The notes beneath the pieces were generated by a model. That model was not told the origin of the DNA, did no database searches, and was given only the letters and a program-made list of their open reading frames with translations. Of a stretch of DNA of 64,000 bases, positions 29,301-38,057 are shown one piece after another; within the stretch, counting starts at the first letter, position 1, and each line of letters opens with the position of its first letter. The DNA comes from Candidatus Heimdallarchaeota archaeon (GTDB taxonomy: Archaea > Asgardarchaeota > Heimdallarchaeia > Hodarchaeales > Hodarchaeaceae). The DNA lies in assembly GCA_020353515.1 (NCBI GenBank), contig CP070695.1:4625414-4689413 (forward strand). The letters run 5' to 3'. The position numbers were made by a program, and so were the translations under genes.

Positions 29301-32300
29301 CTAATAATGTTGAAATTGTCTTACGATTGTATCCACACACTGCTTCCAAAGGCATTCCGTGTTCTTTAATTGCTACTGATTGCTTTAATTCGTCAATACG
29401 AGGTAAAGACATTTTAAGAATTGATTTTAAATCATTAGGTGACCAATAAATAAGCTTTATTATCTGATCAATTCCATTACTTGCTAATCGTTCGAGACCA
29501 TCATGTGAAATTCGGATTGCAGTTTTATCTGAACTACTCCGAAGCTGTAACATTGCCACGGGTGTTTCAAGGATACGTTGAAACCTTTCAATTTTTTTCC
29601 ACTTAACACCCATTACTCCAAATGTGTCCTTTCGTGCACAGAAATACACACTTTCCACTGTGGAGAAGCCTTTAGAAATTAAGGATTTCATTTCAGTAGC
29701 GGAAATGACTCCAAGGTCAATCAGAGGCATGCCAGAGAGGAAGAGATCGAAACTTGACAGCATGGTATTAACAAAATTCTCATCACGACCGATTAATTCT
29801 TCAATTTCTGTTTTTGACCAAGTAACTAAATCAATAAAGGAATTGATGTTATTAGCATGAAGTCTAGCAATCCATATCGGTTTTATTTGAGGAATTCTCG
29901 AGATTGGAGTTAAAAAGAGTGTATTTAATTGCTCTATTTCACGTTTAGATAATTCTAATTGTTTTATTTTGCCATTAGAATATGGAAGTTGATAGTAAAG
30001 CTCTTGAACACTAAATTCTGTCTGGAGTAATTTCTGCCAAGCTTTTCCCTCTAAATTATTTGCCAATATAGATACAGGAAGAACTTTAGAGTCAATGAGA
30101 GATTTAATTTCTTCGATGGAAATTTTACTTTTTGTTCGTTCAATTAGTTTATAGGACATACCTGTTTTACGATGCAAGTCAGTATCAGGCCATAGTAGAA
30201 AATCAATAATTCTTGAGACTCCCATATGATGAAGGGTATGATAGTATTTACTTGGTATAGGAAGATAACAAATAGGAGAGTTTAAAAGATTGAGTAATTC
30301 TTCTATTCGATTTTGGAATGTCTTAGGTTTTAATTCAAACTCGGTTGCTGCTGCTTGTAATTCTTCCAGACAGAGAATATTATTTGTTTCCAATTTTTCA
30401 CGCTCTTCTGGAGTCAATAGGGGAACTGGTGTACCATACGTTCTCTTAATTGTTTCCAGAATTTGAGGATCCAATTCTTCTAGTTTCATCAAAGTCGAGG
30501 AAGGGCATCGAATAAAATCATAGACAGTTTCTATGCCAAGACCCTTTAACTTAGTTTCTAATCCTGAGTCTAACCACCAAGCAGCTTTTGTTGGGAATAT
30601 TTCATGTTCCTGTTCTATTTGTTCTTGAATCTCATCCTGTTTCATAGAAATCAGACGAGATATTAAACCACGAATGATCTGAAGCTCTCTTTCCTCCATC
30701 AGGAGAAAGTCTATGAAACCCTTAATCTCGAGACGTTCCAAATCTGGCTGCATAGTTTCATCTAGAGCATCTACTTTTTGGAAAGGTTTTTCCTCATTTA
30801 ATTGAGTAATTTCTTCACTTTGGACTTTTTTTGAACGGAGAATAAGTTTTTCTGTGAGCTCGGAGATATCTGCCAACTTTTCAGTTGGTGTTTGAAGAAA
30901 TTCCTTTATTTTCGAAATATTTCGTCCCCTTAAACGTGGTGTTACACGATAGTCCATCCAATCGAATGTTGCAGCGCCTATGACCTTGTCTGCATCTATA
31001 TATCCCTGTTTTATTCCTTCTTGGATTTCTTTCTTTATCATTTCAAGAATTTTAATTGATAAATTGGGAACTATAGCTAATTTTTCTGGGAATGCTATCA
31101 TGTAATCTAGGATATTGAGAATCTTTGCTGATTTCAATCCTTTTTTGATGTCTTCAGTTATCCAAGGCATTGTTTCAAAATCAAATGCTGTTACAGGATA
31201 ATCCGTTAGAATTTCATTAATAGCTCTCTGCTTTGCTTCATAAATTAGCTTTTCAGGGAAATTCTCAACCATACGAAGTTGGGATATCGGTGTGGCAAAA
31301 AAGTCAAGGGAAGATACTATCCAACGCTTATTTAGCGCTTTATGTATTCTTAAAGCTTGACGGTATTTACTATAATCATCTTCTATCCCTTTTGGAAATA
31401 TTTCGAACTCACGCATTGTAGGCGCTTTATTTGATCTTTCCTGACTATTAACTGTTGCACGTTTAATTTCGACTATTTTTTCTTCTGTTAATCCAGTAAT
31501 GTTACTCAATTCTGCTATTGGGGCTCGTAAAAATTGATATATTGTTTGGATATTGTGTTCAACAAGGGTTACATAAGTCGAAGTGGGTAACCATTCCCCA
31601 ATGCTTGAAATTAAAGGACTTGGAGGAAAAGTGCGACGAACTAAACGTGGTACTGCAGATGCTAATGCTTTTTCGAGCTTTGCCATCTCTTCAGTGGATT
31701 GCAGTAGGAAAGGAGTTTCAGTTACATCTAATATTTTCGATAAGTTCCTAAGAACTTTTGGGGCCGCACTTTCAAATCTGGACTGCCTTTGTTTCTCCCT
31801 ACGCTCTCGTTCAGCTCGTCCTAGATGTTGACTTAAACCACGGGCTAATTTTTTCAGAACTTTCATTATTTCTTTTCGAAGTTCATCAACATCAGCAATG
31901 TACTCTTTACTCGTCTCTGGAAAAGGAATCTTTGAGGAAACCAATGAAACGACAATAGCAATAGGTGATTTATTGATCTTGATCTTATAATTCTTCCAAG
32001 CCATCTTTTGAACGCATTTGGAAATTATATCGTTTCCAGCTCCAAATAGTAGTGGAATACGATTTGCAAAACGGTAAATCTTTGGATTGCCAGATTCACT
32101 TGAAAGAATTGGGCCACCATAAGCCAAAGCTGCCTCAACTATGAATGGATGTCCTGAATATGCAGATATATCTCCTGCTGCAGCTCGGACGAACTGAGGA
32201 TTCAATTCTTTCTCGATACCCTTTGCTAGTAGTTCCCAACCTAAAGGTGCTAATGAATCACCACTCGGCCTTCTGAATGGAAAATACTTCTGTTCCCGTC

Positions 32301-33315
32301 GTTTTTTTGGTTCAGAATCAGGCATTACAAATCCTTCATGGATTATTCGTCTAATATCGCTTGCGGAAAGTGTGCTGGGAATCTTTTCATGACTTATTTT
32401 GACAAAATCTAGGAAATCTTGTGCAGTTTTTGGGCCAATTCCTTGGAAATGGTCTTGAAGAAAAGCTTCCATATTTTCACTGCGTGTAACTGCCAGTTCT
32501 CGTTTAAATTGAGTTATATCAGTTCCCCAAGGGTGAACTTTAGCTATTTGAGGGTACGGAGGCATCTCTTCAACAACGCGTTCCATAACTATTGGTTCAT
32601 CACTATCAGGATATTGAATGTATAAGCTAGCATATGGCGTAATCATACCTAATTGGGAAAAATATTCTCTAACCCAACGAGAAGCAAGGTTCCATGACCC
32701 AGTGAAGGTAACACTCACTTCTGTTCCTGAATTTGGGATTGCCTCTGTTGTTTCTTGAGGAATTTCTCTTTGAGTTAATATTATGGGTTCATTCTCAGCT
32801 AAATTTATCATTAATTCGTGATAACTAGTAAAATCTTCATTGATATACTTTGATTTTATTATCAGAGGAAGGTCAACTGATGACATGGCGTTTAATAACA
32901 CCATCTTTGCACCAAGACCAAATCTACCTCGTGATTGACGAGCCCCATAATTACTTCCAGTCAACACCCTACCAAACAAGGGAGGTACAAATTCATTTTG
33001 GACACCACTCCCATTATCACGAACAGTTAATCGGATAAAATCGACTTTCTCATCTGATTCAAAAGTGCTTATATTAAGTAATTTTGCGATTTCTTCTTTC
33101 TTTAATCGTTGAATTGTAACATGTATTTCAGGAAGATTTCCAATTCGCTCAGCTGCATCTAATCCGTTTTCTACTAATTCTCTCACACTAGTGAAAACAA
33201 CTCTCATTGTGTTATCGAAACCAGCAATAGCTTTGTTATCCTGGAAGAAATCGGCTGCAGATCTACGTACAACTTTCTCTTTAGCAACTTTTCCTCTTTT
33301 GGCAGCCTTTGTCAT
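26380..33315 (-). CDS. top6B: Giant DNA topoisomerase VI subunit B (2311 aa) with C-terminal HhH repeat array
   Basis: GHKL motifs RELVENGLDA, RDNGSG, SRGRFGLG; H2TH FQGIGPKTA; transducer RFANRIPLLF, WKNY, SKEYIA; then ~1750 aa of repeats in the same frame. Confidence 0.93.
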   Translation of the reverse strand: MTKAAKRGKVAKEKVVRRSAADFFQDNKAIAGFDNTMRVVFTSVRELVENGLDAAERIGNLPEIHVTIQRLKKEEIAKLLNISTFESDEKVDFIRLTVRDNGSGVQNEFVPPLFGRVLTGSNYGARQSRGRFGLGAKMVLLNAMSSVDLPLIIKSKYINEDFTSYHELMINLAENEPIILTQREIPQETTEAIPNSGTEVSVTFTGSWNLASRWVREYFSQLGMITPYASLYIQYPDSDEPIVMERVVEEMPPYPQIAKVHPWGTDITQFKRELAVTRSENMEAFLQDHFQGIGPKTAQDFLDFVKISHEKIPSTLSASDIRRIIHEGFVMPDSEPKKRREQKYFPFRRPSGDSLAPLGWELLAKGIEKELNPQFVRAAAGDISAYSGHPFIVEAALAYGGPILSSESGNPKIYRFANRIPLLFGAGNDIISKCVQKMAWKNYKIKINKSPIAIVVSLVSSKIPFPETSKEYIADVDELRKEIMKVLKKLARGLSQHLGRAERERREKQRQSRFESAAPKVLRNLSKILDVTETPFLLQSTEEMAKLEKALASAVPRLVRRTFPPSPLISSIGEWLPTSTYVTLVEHNIQTIYQFLRAPIAELSNITGLTEEKIVEIKRATVNSQERSNKAPTMREFEIFPKGIEDDYSKYRQALRIHKALNKRWIVSSLDFFATPISQLRMVENFPEKLIYEAKQRAINEILTDYPVTAFDFETMPWITEDIKKGLKSAKILNILDYMIAFPEKLAIVPNLSIKILEMIKKEIQEGIKQGYIDADKVIGAATFDWMDYRVTPRLRGRNISKIKEFLQTPTEKLADISELTEKLILRSKKVQSEEITQLNEEKPFQKVDALDETMQPDLERLEIKGFIDFLLMEERELQIIRGLISRLISMKQDEIQEQIEQEHEIFPTKAAWWLDSGLETKLKGLGIETVYDFIRCPSSTLMKLEELDPQILETIKRTYGTPVPLLTPEEREKLETNNILCLEELQAAATEFELKPKTFQNRIEELLNLLNSPICYLPIPSKYYHTLHHMGVSRIIDFLLWPDTDLHRKTGMSYKLIERTKSKISIEEIKSLIDSKVLPVSILANNLEGKAWQKLLQTEFSVQELYYQLPYSNGKIKQLELSKREIEQLNTLFLTPISRIPQIKPIWIARLHANNINSFIDLVTWSKTEIEELIGRDENFVNTMLSSFDLFLSGMPLIDLGVISATEMKSLISKGFSTVESVYFCARKDTFGVMGVKWKKIERFQRILETPVAMLQLRSSSDKTAIRISHDGLERLASNGIDQIIKLIYWSPNDLKSILKMSLPRIDELKQSVAIKEHGMPLEAVCGYNRKTISTLLGYGIETVEDLYFTASEDMLDEDDEIDWSYVEKAMEALELPVTYLTGIIAAKYIDNLVKKRIDTIIRFLITSEEELSEILETPPENVANLRKKINLVQLRESTETSVSILEGLPRKQLQILADEQISTIYDFLTTPEDQIINTLEMDLKQVVAMKKDLNFNNIKSMKEEKMIPLTKVSLFDRNTIRKLTRLGIESLADLYYVATPKTFVDSDIDWQIILDAKTILDLPIEISPIPTKEEIKNFQKAKVRTVLDLMIESQEELENRTQIQAARIKAIQDSINITAVITFLKRLTIEKLNFPSDYLAALQREEIKTVFELLTSPKEDIYLAKEGDKTIRIDRERWTRIFSILTIPLSLVFGSDREEVKNLKQKRIETLQDAYSTSTERIETILGTDPSEFFAELETLNFNEIEQFLNIPICFIPKITLEWLSIFKEHSINHIGDIFDESIRELAEKIGSTSPKTRALVTGIKMPEVIKHLEDEIIPLDNFSGIIPTKIISELDKKNITSIQEFILRDREDFKQKELEKLYEILDSPINRLSEELPLNDLRKLSQSGVSTISDWLFTPNGALTKLIGMDISEIASLKTEFDFEAAGEITEADTPLPTFIESGYIDFTEIEKHGIRVLEDLLFIDLGTISVSDQLKSRLANLKDALNSSLAYYSLLPPQYVTPLAFNGVTSVTQLIKTEFSQLEDPMGIIDEEEYNSARNSINLVDIITHKKTDTEFRVKLSSLRAFSPKQLEQITSLGVDNVVDLYFRLDTERLTKSLVKPVETVKRVLEKPVAILPTVQDSFPQKIPLLYNAGITSTIEFLFWPKDDLAELLEIKRYELSKYRKVNLGALKRKKSLGTPIENFVRIPEEHIATFHEMGIDNIEDLYFHLKRYNFIPDDYVPSKLIKACIHDLESPIVRLADLPIPVAQELVKKGINRIIDFLYWPDGDLKQVYGLSAAKIKQIKANVRLRRKADVVGRLDAYMTKE
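26383..31620 (-). repeat. Protein-level tandem array of ~28 divergent ~55-70-aa HhH (alpha-CTD/RadA-N/HHH_5-like) modules
   Basis: Recurrent consensus P[IVL]xxL..x(6-8)L...GI.[TS][IV].[DE][FL][LY]....L....G.....I..[IL]K, counted by eye from ~residue 565 to ~2290. Confidence 0.8.
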
Positions 33316-33328
33316 ATTTTATTTCCAC

Positions 33329-35812
33329 CTATTCTTTTTTTCCTTCAGAAAGTATGGCAACTGATGTTAGAGTAACTCCTTTTGTTTTATCTAATCGCAT
33401 CAATGTGACTCCAGAAGTGGATCTCCCAATTGTCCTAATATCCTCTATTGGAATTTGAATCAGTTTTCCATCACTTGCGACTAACAATAAGTCGTCTGTA
33501 TCTGCAACACTTCTTACAGCGATAACGTCACCATTTCTTTCTTTTGTCTTTATATTAATAACACCTTTTCCATTTCGACGAGTGATTCGGTAGAGATCAA
33601 ACATAGTTCGCTTCCCATACCCTTTTTCACATACCGTTAACAGAGTTTTATTTTTATCAACAATTGCCATATCTACTACAGAATCTTCTGGTCTTAACTG
33701 TATTCCTAATACTCCGATACTACTTCGTCCGACAGCTCGTACTTCCCCTTCAGAAAACCTTATCGCTTTACCTTTTTGAGTTGCCAACATTACATCTTTT
33801 GTTCCATCGGTGACTTTCACACCAACAATCATATCTTCCTCACGAAGCTGAATGGCTATAATCCCTGTAGAGCGTATATTGGCATAATCCCCGAGGGGAG
33901 TCTTCTTAATTAGACCATTTTTAGTTGCTAAAACTAGAAAATGAGTTTCATCGAATTCTGAGACTGGGATCATCGTTTCAATTTCATCATCTTTCTCAAT
34001 TTTTATTAGATTCACAATATTAACCCCCTTTGTGACCCGTTGTTTCGATAATGGAATTTGATACCCACGAACCCTAAAGACTCTTCCTTTGATGGTAAAA
34101 AAGAGAATACTGTCATGTGTTGAAGCAATAATCATTTCTTTCAGAAAATCGTCTTTTCCAATCTCCATCGATTTGATCCCTTTCCCTCCTCTATGTTGGG
34201 CAGAATAAGCTTCAGCAGATATTGATTTAATATATCCGTTTTGAGTTAAAGTAACTACAACATCCTCTCGTGGAATGAAATCTTCTTCAGTTTTCCCAGT
34301 CCAATCAGAATCATCTCTTAAGATTTCTGTTCGTCGAACATCACCATATTTTCTTTTTATTTCCTCTAATTCATCAGTAATTATAGTAAAAACACGTTCT
34401 TCACTTGCTAGGATCGCTTTAAATTCTTGAATCGCCTTTAAAATCTCATTATATTCATTAATAATTTTTTGACGATCGAAACGGGTCAAACTCCTTAATG
34501 GAAGAGACAAGATATCTTTTGCTTGAATTTCTGAAAAGGAAAATTGGGCAATTAACGCTTTTTGCGCTTCTGCTCCTGTCTCGGCGCTTCTAATTAGTGA
34601 CAATATTTCATCAAGGTTTTCTACAACAATTTTTCTTCCTTCTAAAATATGAGCTCGTTCTTGAGCCTTTTTAAGCTCGAATTCTGTACGGCGAACAACA
34701 ATCTCATATCTATGATCAATGAATTGAGTTATCAATTCTTTTAAATTAAGATTTTTTGGCCTAAACCGAATCTCATTACCCACACGGGCGTCTATAAGCG
34801 CCATATTTTTTATAGAATAGGAAATTTGCATTGGAGTGTATTTAAACAAACGATTCAAGACCAAATCAAGGTTAGCTGCTTTCTTAAGATTAATGACTAT
34901 TCGTGTGCCGTGAATAATGTTTGATTCGTTTTTTACTTTACCAATTTCTGGAAGTTTACCAGAGTCTTTCATTCGTCCAATTATATCAACTAAACCTCGT
35001 TGTTCAACCGTATCTTGACGTTTAACTAAATAAGGAACTTCTGTAACTATTATCTGAGTCTTACTCTTTTTCTCCACAATTTCATATTTCGCTCTTAAAA
35101 TAACATTCCCATTACCAGTGTGGTATGCTCGTTTTATCCCAGATGTCCCAAAAATAACACCGCCCGTAGGAAAATCAGGTGCCGGAATATATTCCATCAA
35201 TTCATCAATGCTGATTTGTGGATTTTTAATAGTTGCAATCACCCCATCTAAGACTTCGGTCAGATTATGAGGGGGCATTGAGGTAGCCATCCCGACAGCA
35301 ATGCCCATTACTCCATTAATTAAAAGTTGAGGAATCTTGGCGGGGAGAATGACTGGTTCTTTGTCCAATCCATCAAAATTATCTTTAAAATCAACTGTAT
35401 CCTTTTCAATGTCTTTCAACATTTCTTCGGTAATTTTTTGCATCCGAGCTTCTGTATATCGCTGAGCTGCCGCTAATTGCCCATCCATGCTTCCAAAATT
35501 ACCCTGTCCTTCAATTAAGGGGTATCGTAGAGAAAATGGTTGAGCCATCCTTACTAAAGCATCATAAACAGCTGTTTCTCCATGAGGATGGTATTTTCCG
35601 TGTGTTTCGCCAATAGTTCGGGCACACTTTCTGGGAGGTTTATTGTGTGCTAACCCCAGATTGTGCATGGACCATAAGATACGACGATGGACAGGTTTAA
35701 GTCCATCTCGTACATGTGGAAGAGCTCTACTTGTAATTACTGACATAGAATACTCGAGGTAACTCTTAGACATCGTTCTTTCGATGGGGGTTAATTTAAT
35801 GTTACTACTCAT
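33329..35812 (-). CDS. gyrA: DNA gyrase subunit A
   Basis: RDGLKPVHRR, KYHPHG, AAQRYTE (catalytic Tyr), GyrA-box QHRGGKG, beta-pinwheel repeats. Confidence 0.97.
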   Translation of the reverse strand: MSSNIKLTPIERTMSKSYLEYSMSVITSRALPHVRDGLKPVHRRILWSMHNLGLAHNKPPRKCARTIGETHGKYHPHGETAVYDALVRMAQPFSLRYPLIEGQGNFGSMDGQLAAAQRYTEARMQKITEEMLKDIEKDTVDFKDNFDGLDKEPVILPAKIPQLLINGVMGIAVGMATSMPPHNLTEVLDGVIATIKNPQISIDELMEYIPAPDFPTGGVIFGTSGIKRAYHTGNGNVILRAKYEIVEKKSKTQIIVTEVPYLVKRQDTVEQRGLVDIIGRMKDSGKLPEIGKVKNESNIIHGTRIVINLKKAANLDLVLNRLFKYTPMQISYSIKNMALIDARVGNEIRFRPKNLNLKELITQFIDHRYEIVVRRTEFELKKAQERAHILEGRKIVVENLDEILSLIRSAETGAEAQKALIAQFSFSEIQAKDILSLPLRSLTRFDRQKIINEYNEILKAIQEFKAILASEERVFTIITDELEEIKRKYGDVRRTEILRDDSDWTGKTEEDFIPREDVVVTLTQNGYIKSISAEAYSAQHRGGKGIKSMEIGKDDFLKEMIIASTHDSILFFTIKGRVFRVRGYQIPLSKQRVTKGVNIVNLIKIEKDDEIETMIPVSEFDETHFLVLATKNGLIKKTPLGDYANIRSTGIIAIQLREEDMIVGVKVTDGTKDVMLATQKGKAIRFSEGEVRAVGRSSIGVLGIQLRPEDSVVDMAIVDKNKTLLTVCEKGYGKRTMFDLYRITRRNGKGVINIKTKERNGDVIAVRSVADTDDLLLVASDGKLIQIPIEDIRTIGRSTSGVTLMRLDKTKGVTLTSVAILSEGKKE

Positions 35813-35832
35813 TATCGTCCAACATTCCTTGC

Positions 35833-37806
35833 TTAAATATCTAAATTTTCAACTTCTAGGGCATGAGTTTCAATAAATTCACGACGGGGAGGCACATTAT
35901 CTCCCATCAAGGTGTTAAATATTTGTTCAGCTTCGATAATATTTACACGTGTAACTTGTAATAAGGTTCGATTATTAGGATCCATGACTGTTTTCTGCAA
36001 TTGGATTGGATTCATTTCTCCCAAACCTTTGAAACGACTAATTTCAACATTTTTCCCCCAATCATTGACAATCTTATCTTTTTCCTGATCAGAAAGGACA
36101 TAGAGTTCTTTATTCCCCTTCTTGATACGGTATAACGGAGGTTGAGCTATGAAAAGATATCCTTCATCAATTAATTCCGGCATATAACGAAAGAAAAATG
36201 TTAAGAGAAGACAGACAATGTGGTGTCCATCAATATCTGCATCCATTAGCAGAATAACTTTATGATATTTAACATTTTCAATTTGAAAATTTTCGCGATA
36301 ACCAGCTCCGATTGCTCTTATTATCTCAAGAATTTCCTTGTTGCGCATTGCTTTTTCTAATCTTGCCTTCTCGACATTTATCACTTTTCCCCTTAGAGGA
36401 AGAATCGCTTGATATTCACTGAATCGTCCCTCTATAGCAGTGCCTCCTGCAGAGTTACCTTCTACTAGGAATAGTTCACGCTTCGCAGGATCAGTTTCTG
36501 AGCAATCAACCAGTTTTCCTGTTCCTTTGGCTTGAGTCTTCTTAACAGCTTCACGAATTTGCCTAAATTTCATCCGAATAGTCGCTGCTTGTTCGCATTT
36601 ATCGATTATCTCTCTTGCACTGTCAGGATGCTCTTCGAAGAATTTCAAGATGTTTTCATAACTGCAACGCTCAACAATTCCCTTGACTTCACTGTTACCT
36701 AATTTACTCTTTGTTTGCCCTTCGAACTGAGGATTCATAACTTTTACAGAAACGACTGCGACTAATCCCTCTCTAACATCATTTCCTGTAAAAATTGATC
36801 GTTTCTCTTTCAATCCTTTCTTTAAATGAGTGTTTCGTATCAGATGTTCATTCTTCAAAACATACGAATTTATTGCTCTAGTTAAACCTGATTTAAATCC
36901 TGATAAATGCGTTCCCCCGTGTCTAGTATTAATATTATTCGTGAAAGTATGAATTAAATCTCGTTCTGACCGGTCATACGCTAAGGCTACTTCAACTTGA
37001 GTAGTTTCGATCGTTTCATCAAAATAGGGAATATCTTCATGAGAACGGTTTGGGGCTAACTGTTCGACATACGCCTGAATCCCACCATCGTAATGAAAAC
37101 TCCAAGTATTCTCCTTTTCCGTTTCTAGGCTCATCTCTGATTCCAACTCCTCTCTTGCTTTACGATTATCGATTAAAGTAATAGTTAGCCCTTTATTTAA
37201 AAAAGCAAGCTCACGAAGCCGATTTTTAATTGTTGGAATGTGGAAATGAACAGCTTCAAAGATCTCATGGTCAGGAATAAAGGTAATATGGGTTCCTCCT
37301 CTATCTTTCCAATCTTCTTTTACCTCAATTAATCCGTGAGAAATAGTTTCTCCTCTAACATATTCTTGCATTAAAATTACCCCCCCATTCCTTCTAACTT
37401 TGACTTGCATCCAGCTGGATAATGCATTTACTACAGCAATTCCAACACCGTGCAGGCCGCCACTCACTTTATATGAGGAATGATCAAATTTCCCTCCTGA
37501 ATGTAGTCGTGTTGTCACGAGTTCTAGGGATGACATATTATAATGAGGATGAGGTTCAGTCGGGATTCCTCGACCATTATCTTGAATTGTGACAGACTCA
37601 AAACCATGTTCTGTCTGTCCCAAAATGACGTTTATTCTATCACATACTCCAGCCATTGCCTCATCGATTGAATTATCTACGATCTCCCAGACAAGATGAT
37701 GAAGCCCATATTCATCAATACTTCCAATATACATTGCTGGGCGACGACGTACCGCTTCAAGTCCCTCTAGAACCTGTATACTACTCGCATCATATTCTCC
37801 AGACAA
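35833..37806 (-). CDS. gyrB: DNA gyrase subunit B
   Basis: LEAVRRRPAMYIG, EIVDNSIDE, DNGRGIP, SGGLHGVG, EGNSA, PLRGK, DADIDG, RFKGLGEM; TTG start. Confidence 0.97.
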   Translation of the reverse strand: MSGEYDASSIQVLEGLEAVRRRPAMYIGSIDEYGLHHLVWEIVDNSIDEAMAGVCDRINVILGQTEHGFESVTIQDNGRGIPTEPHPHYNMSSLELVTTRLHSGGKFDHSSYKVSGGLHGVGIAVVNALSSWMQVKVRRNGGVILMQEYVRGETISHGLIEVKEDWKDRGGTHITFIPDHEIFEAVHFHIPTIKNRLRELAFLNKGLTITLIDNRKAREELESEMSLETEKENTWSFHYDGGIQAYVEQLAPNRSHEDIPYFDETIETTQVEVALAYDRSERDLIHTFTNNINTRHGGTHLSGFKSGLTRAINSYVLKNEHLIRNTHLKKGLKEKRSIFTGNDVREGLVAVVSVKVMNPQFEGQTKSKLGNSEVKGIVERCSYENILKFFEEHPDSAREIIDKCEQAATIRMKFRQIREAVKKTQAKGTGKLVDCSETDPAKRELFLVEGNSAGGTAIEGRFSEYQAILPLRGKVINVEKARLEKAMRNKEILEIIRAIGAGYRENFQIENVKYHKVILLMDADIDGHHIVCLLLTFFFRYMPELIDEGYLFIAQPPLYRIKKGNKELYVLSDQEKDKIVNDWGKNVEISRFKGLGEMNPIQLQKTVMDPNNRTLLQVTRVNIIEAEQIFNTLMGDNVPPRREFIETHALEVENLDI

Positions 37807-38057
37807 AATCTAACACCGAATACCCTATTTCAAGAAATTTCCAAAAAAACATCATTGTAAAGCAATAAAATAGAATTTCATTCAGTTAAAATTTCGACAA
37901 AATGACTTTTAAGTTTTTTCTAAAGAAATAACCTCTTTCAGACAATATTTGCTGATTTTTTTCGTATTCATTCATTATTAAATAATAGGAAACAGTTTAG
38001 AATTCATTTTCAAAACTTTAAATCAAAAAGGTGATAAAAATCTACGTATAATTCCTT

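Noticed and set aside
26383-31620. Possibility that the Top6B extension is an intein or a DNA-level repeat/assembly artefact
   Set aside because: No intein splice motifs (C/S start, HN end) or LAGLIDADG blocks; the extension is C-terminal rather than inserted; the repeats are visible only at protein level.
26804-33038. Many plus-strand ORFs of 60-170 aa opposite top6B
   Set aside because: Antisense shadows with Ser/Ile/Phe-rich composition, no SD and no motifs. The same applies to similar ORFs opposite uvrB, lpdA, uvrA, the MFS, the ABC genes and the SDRs.
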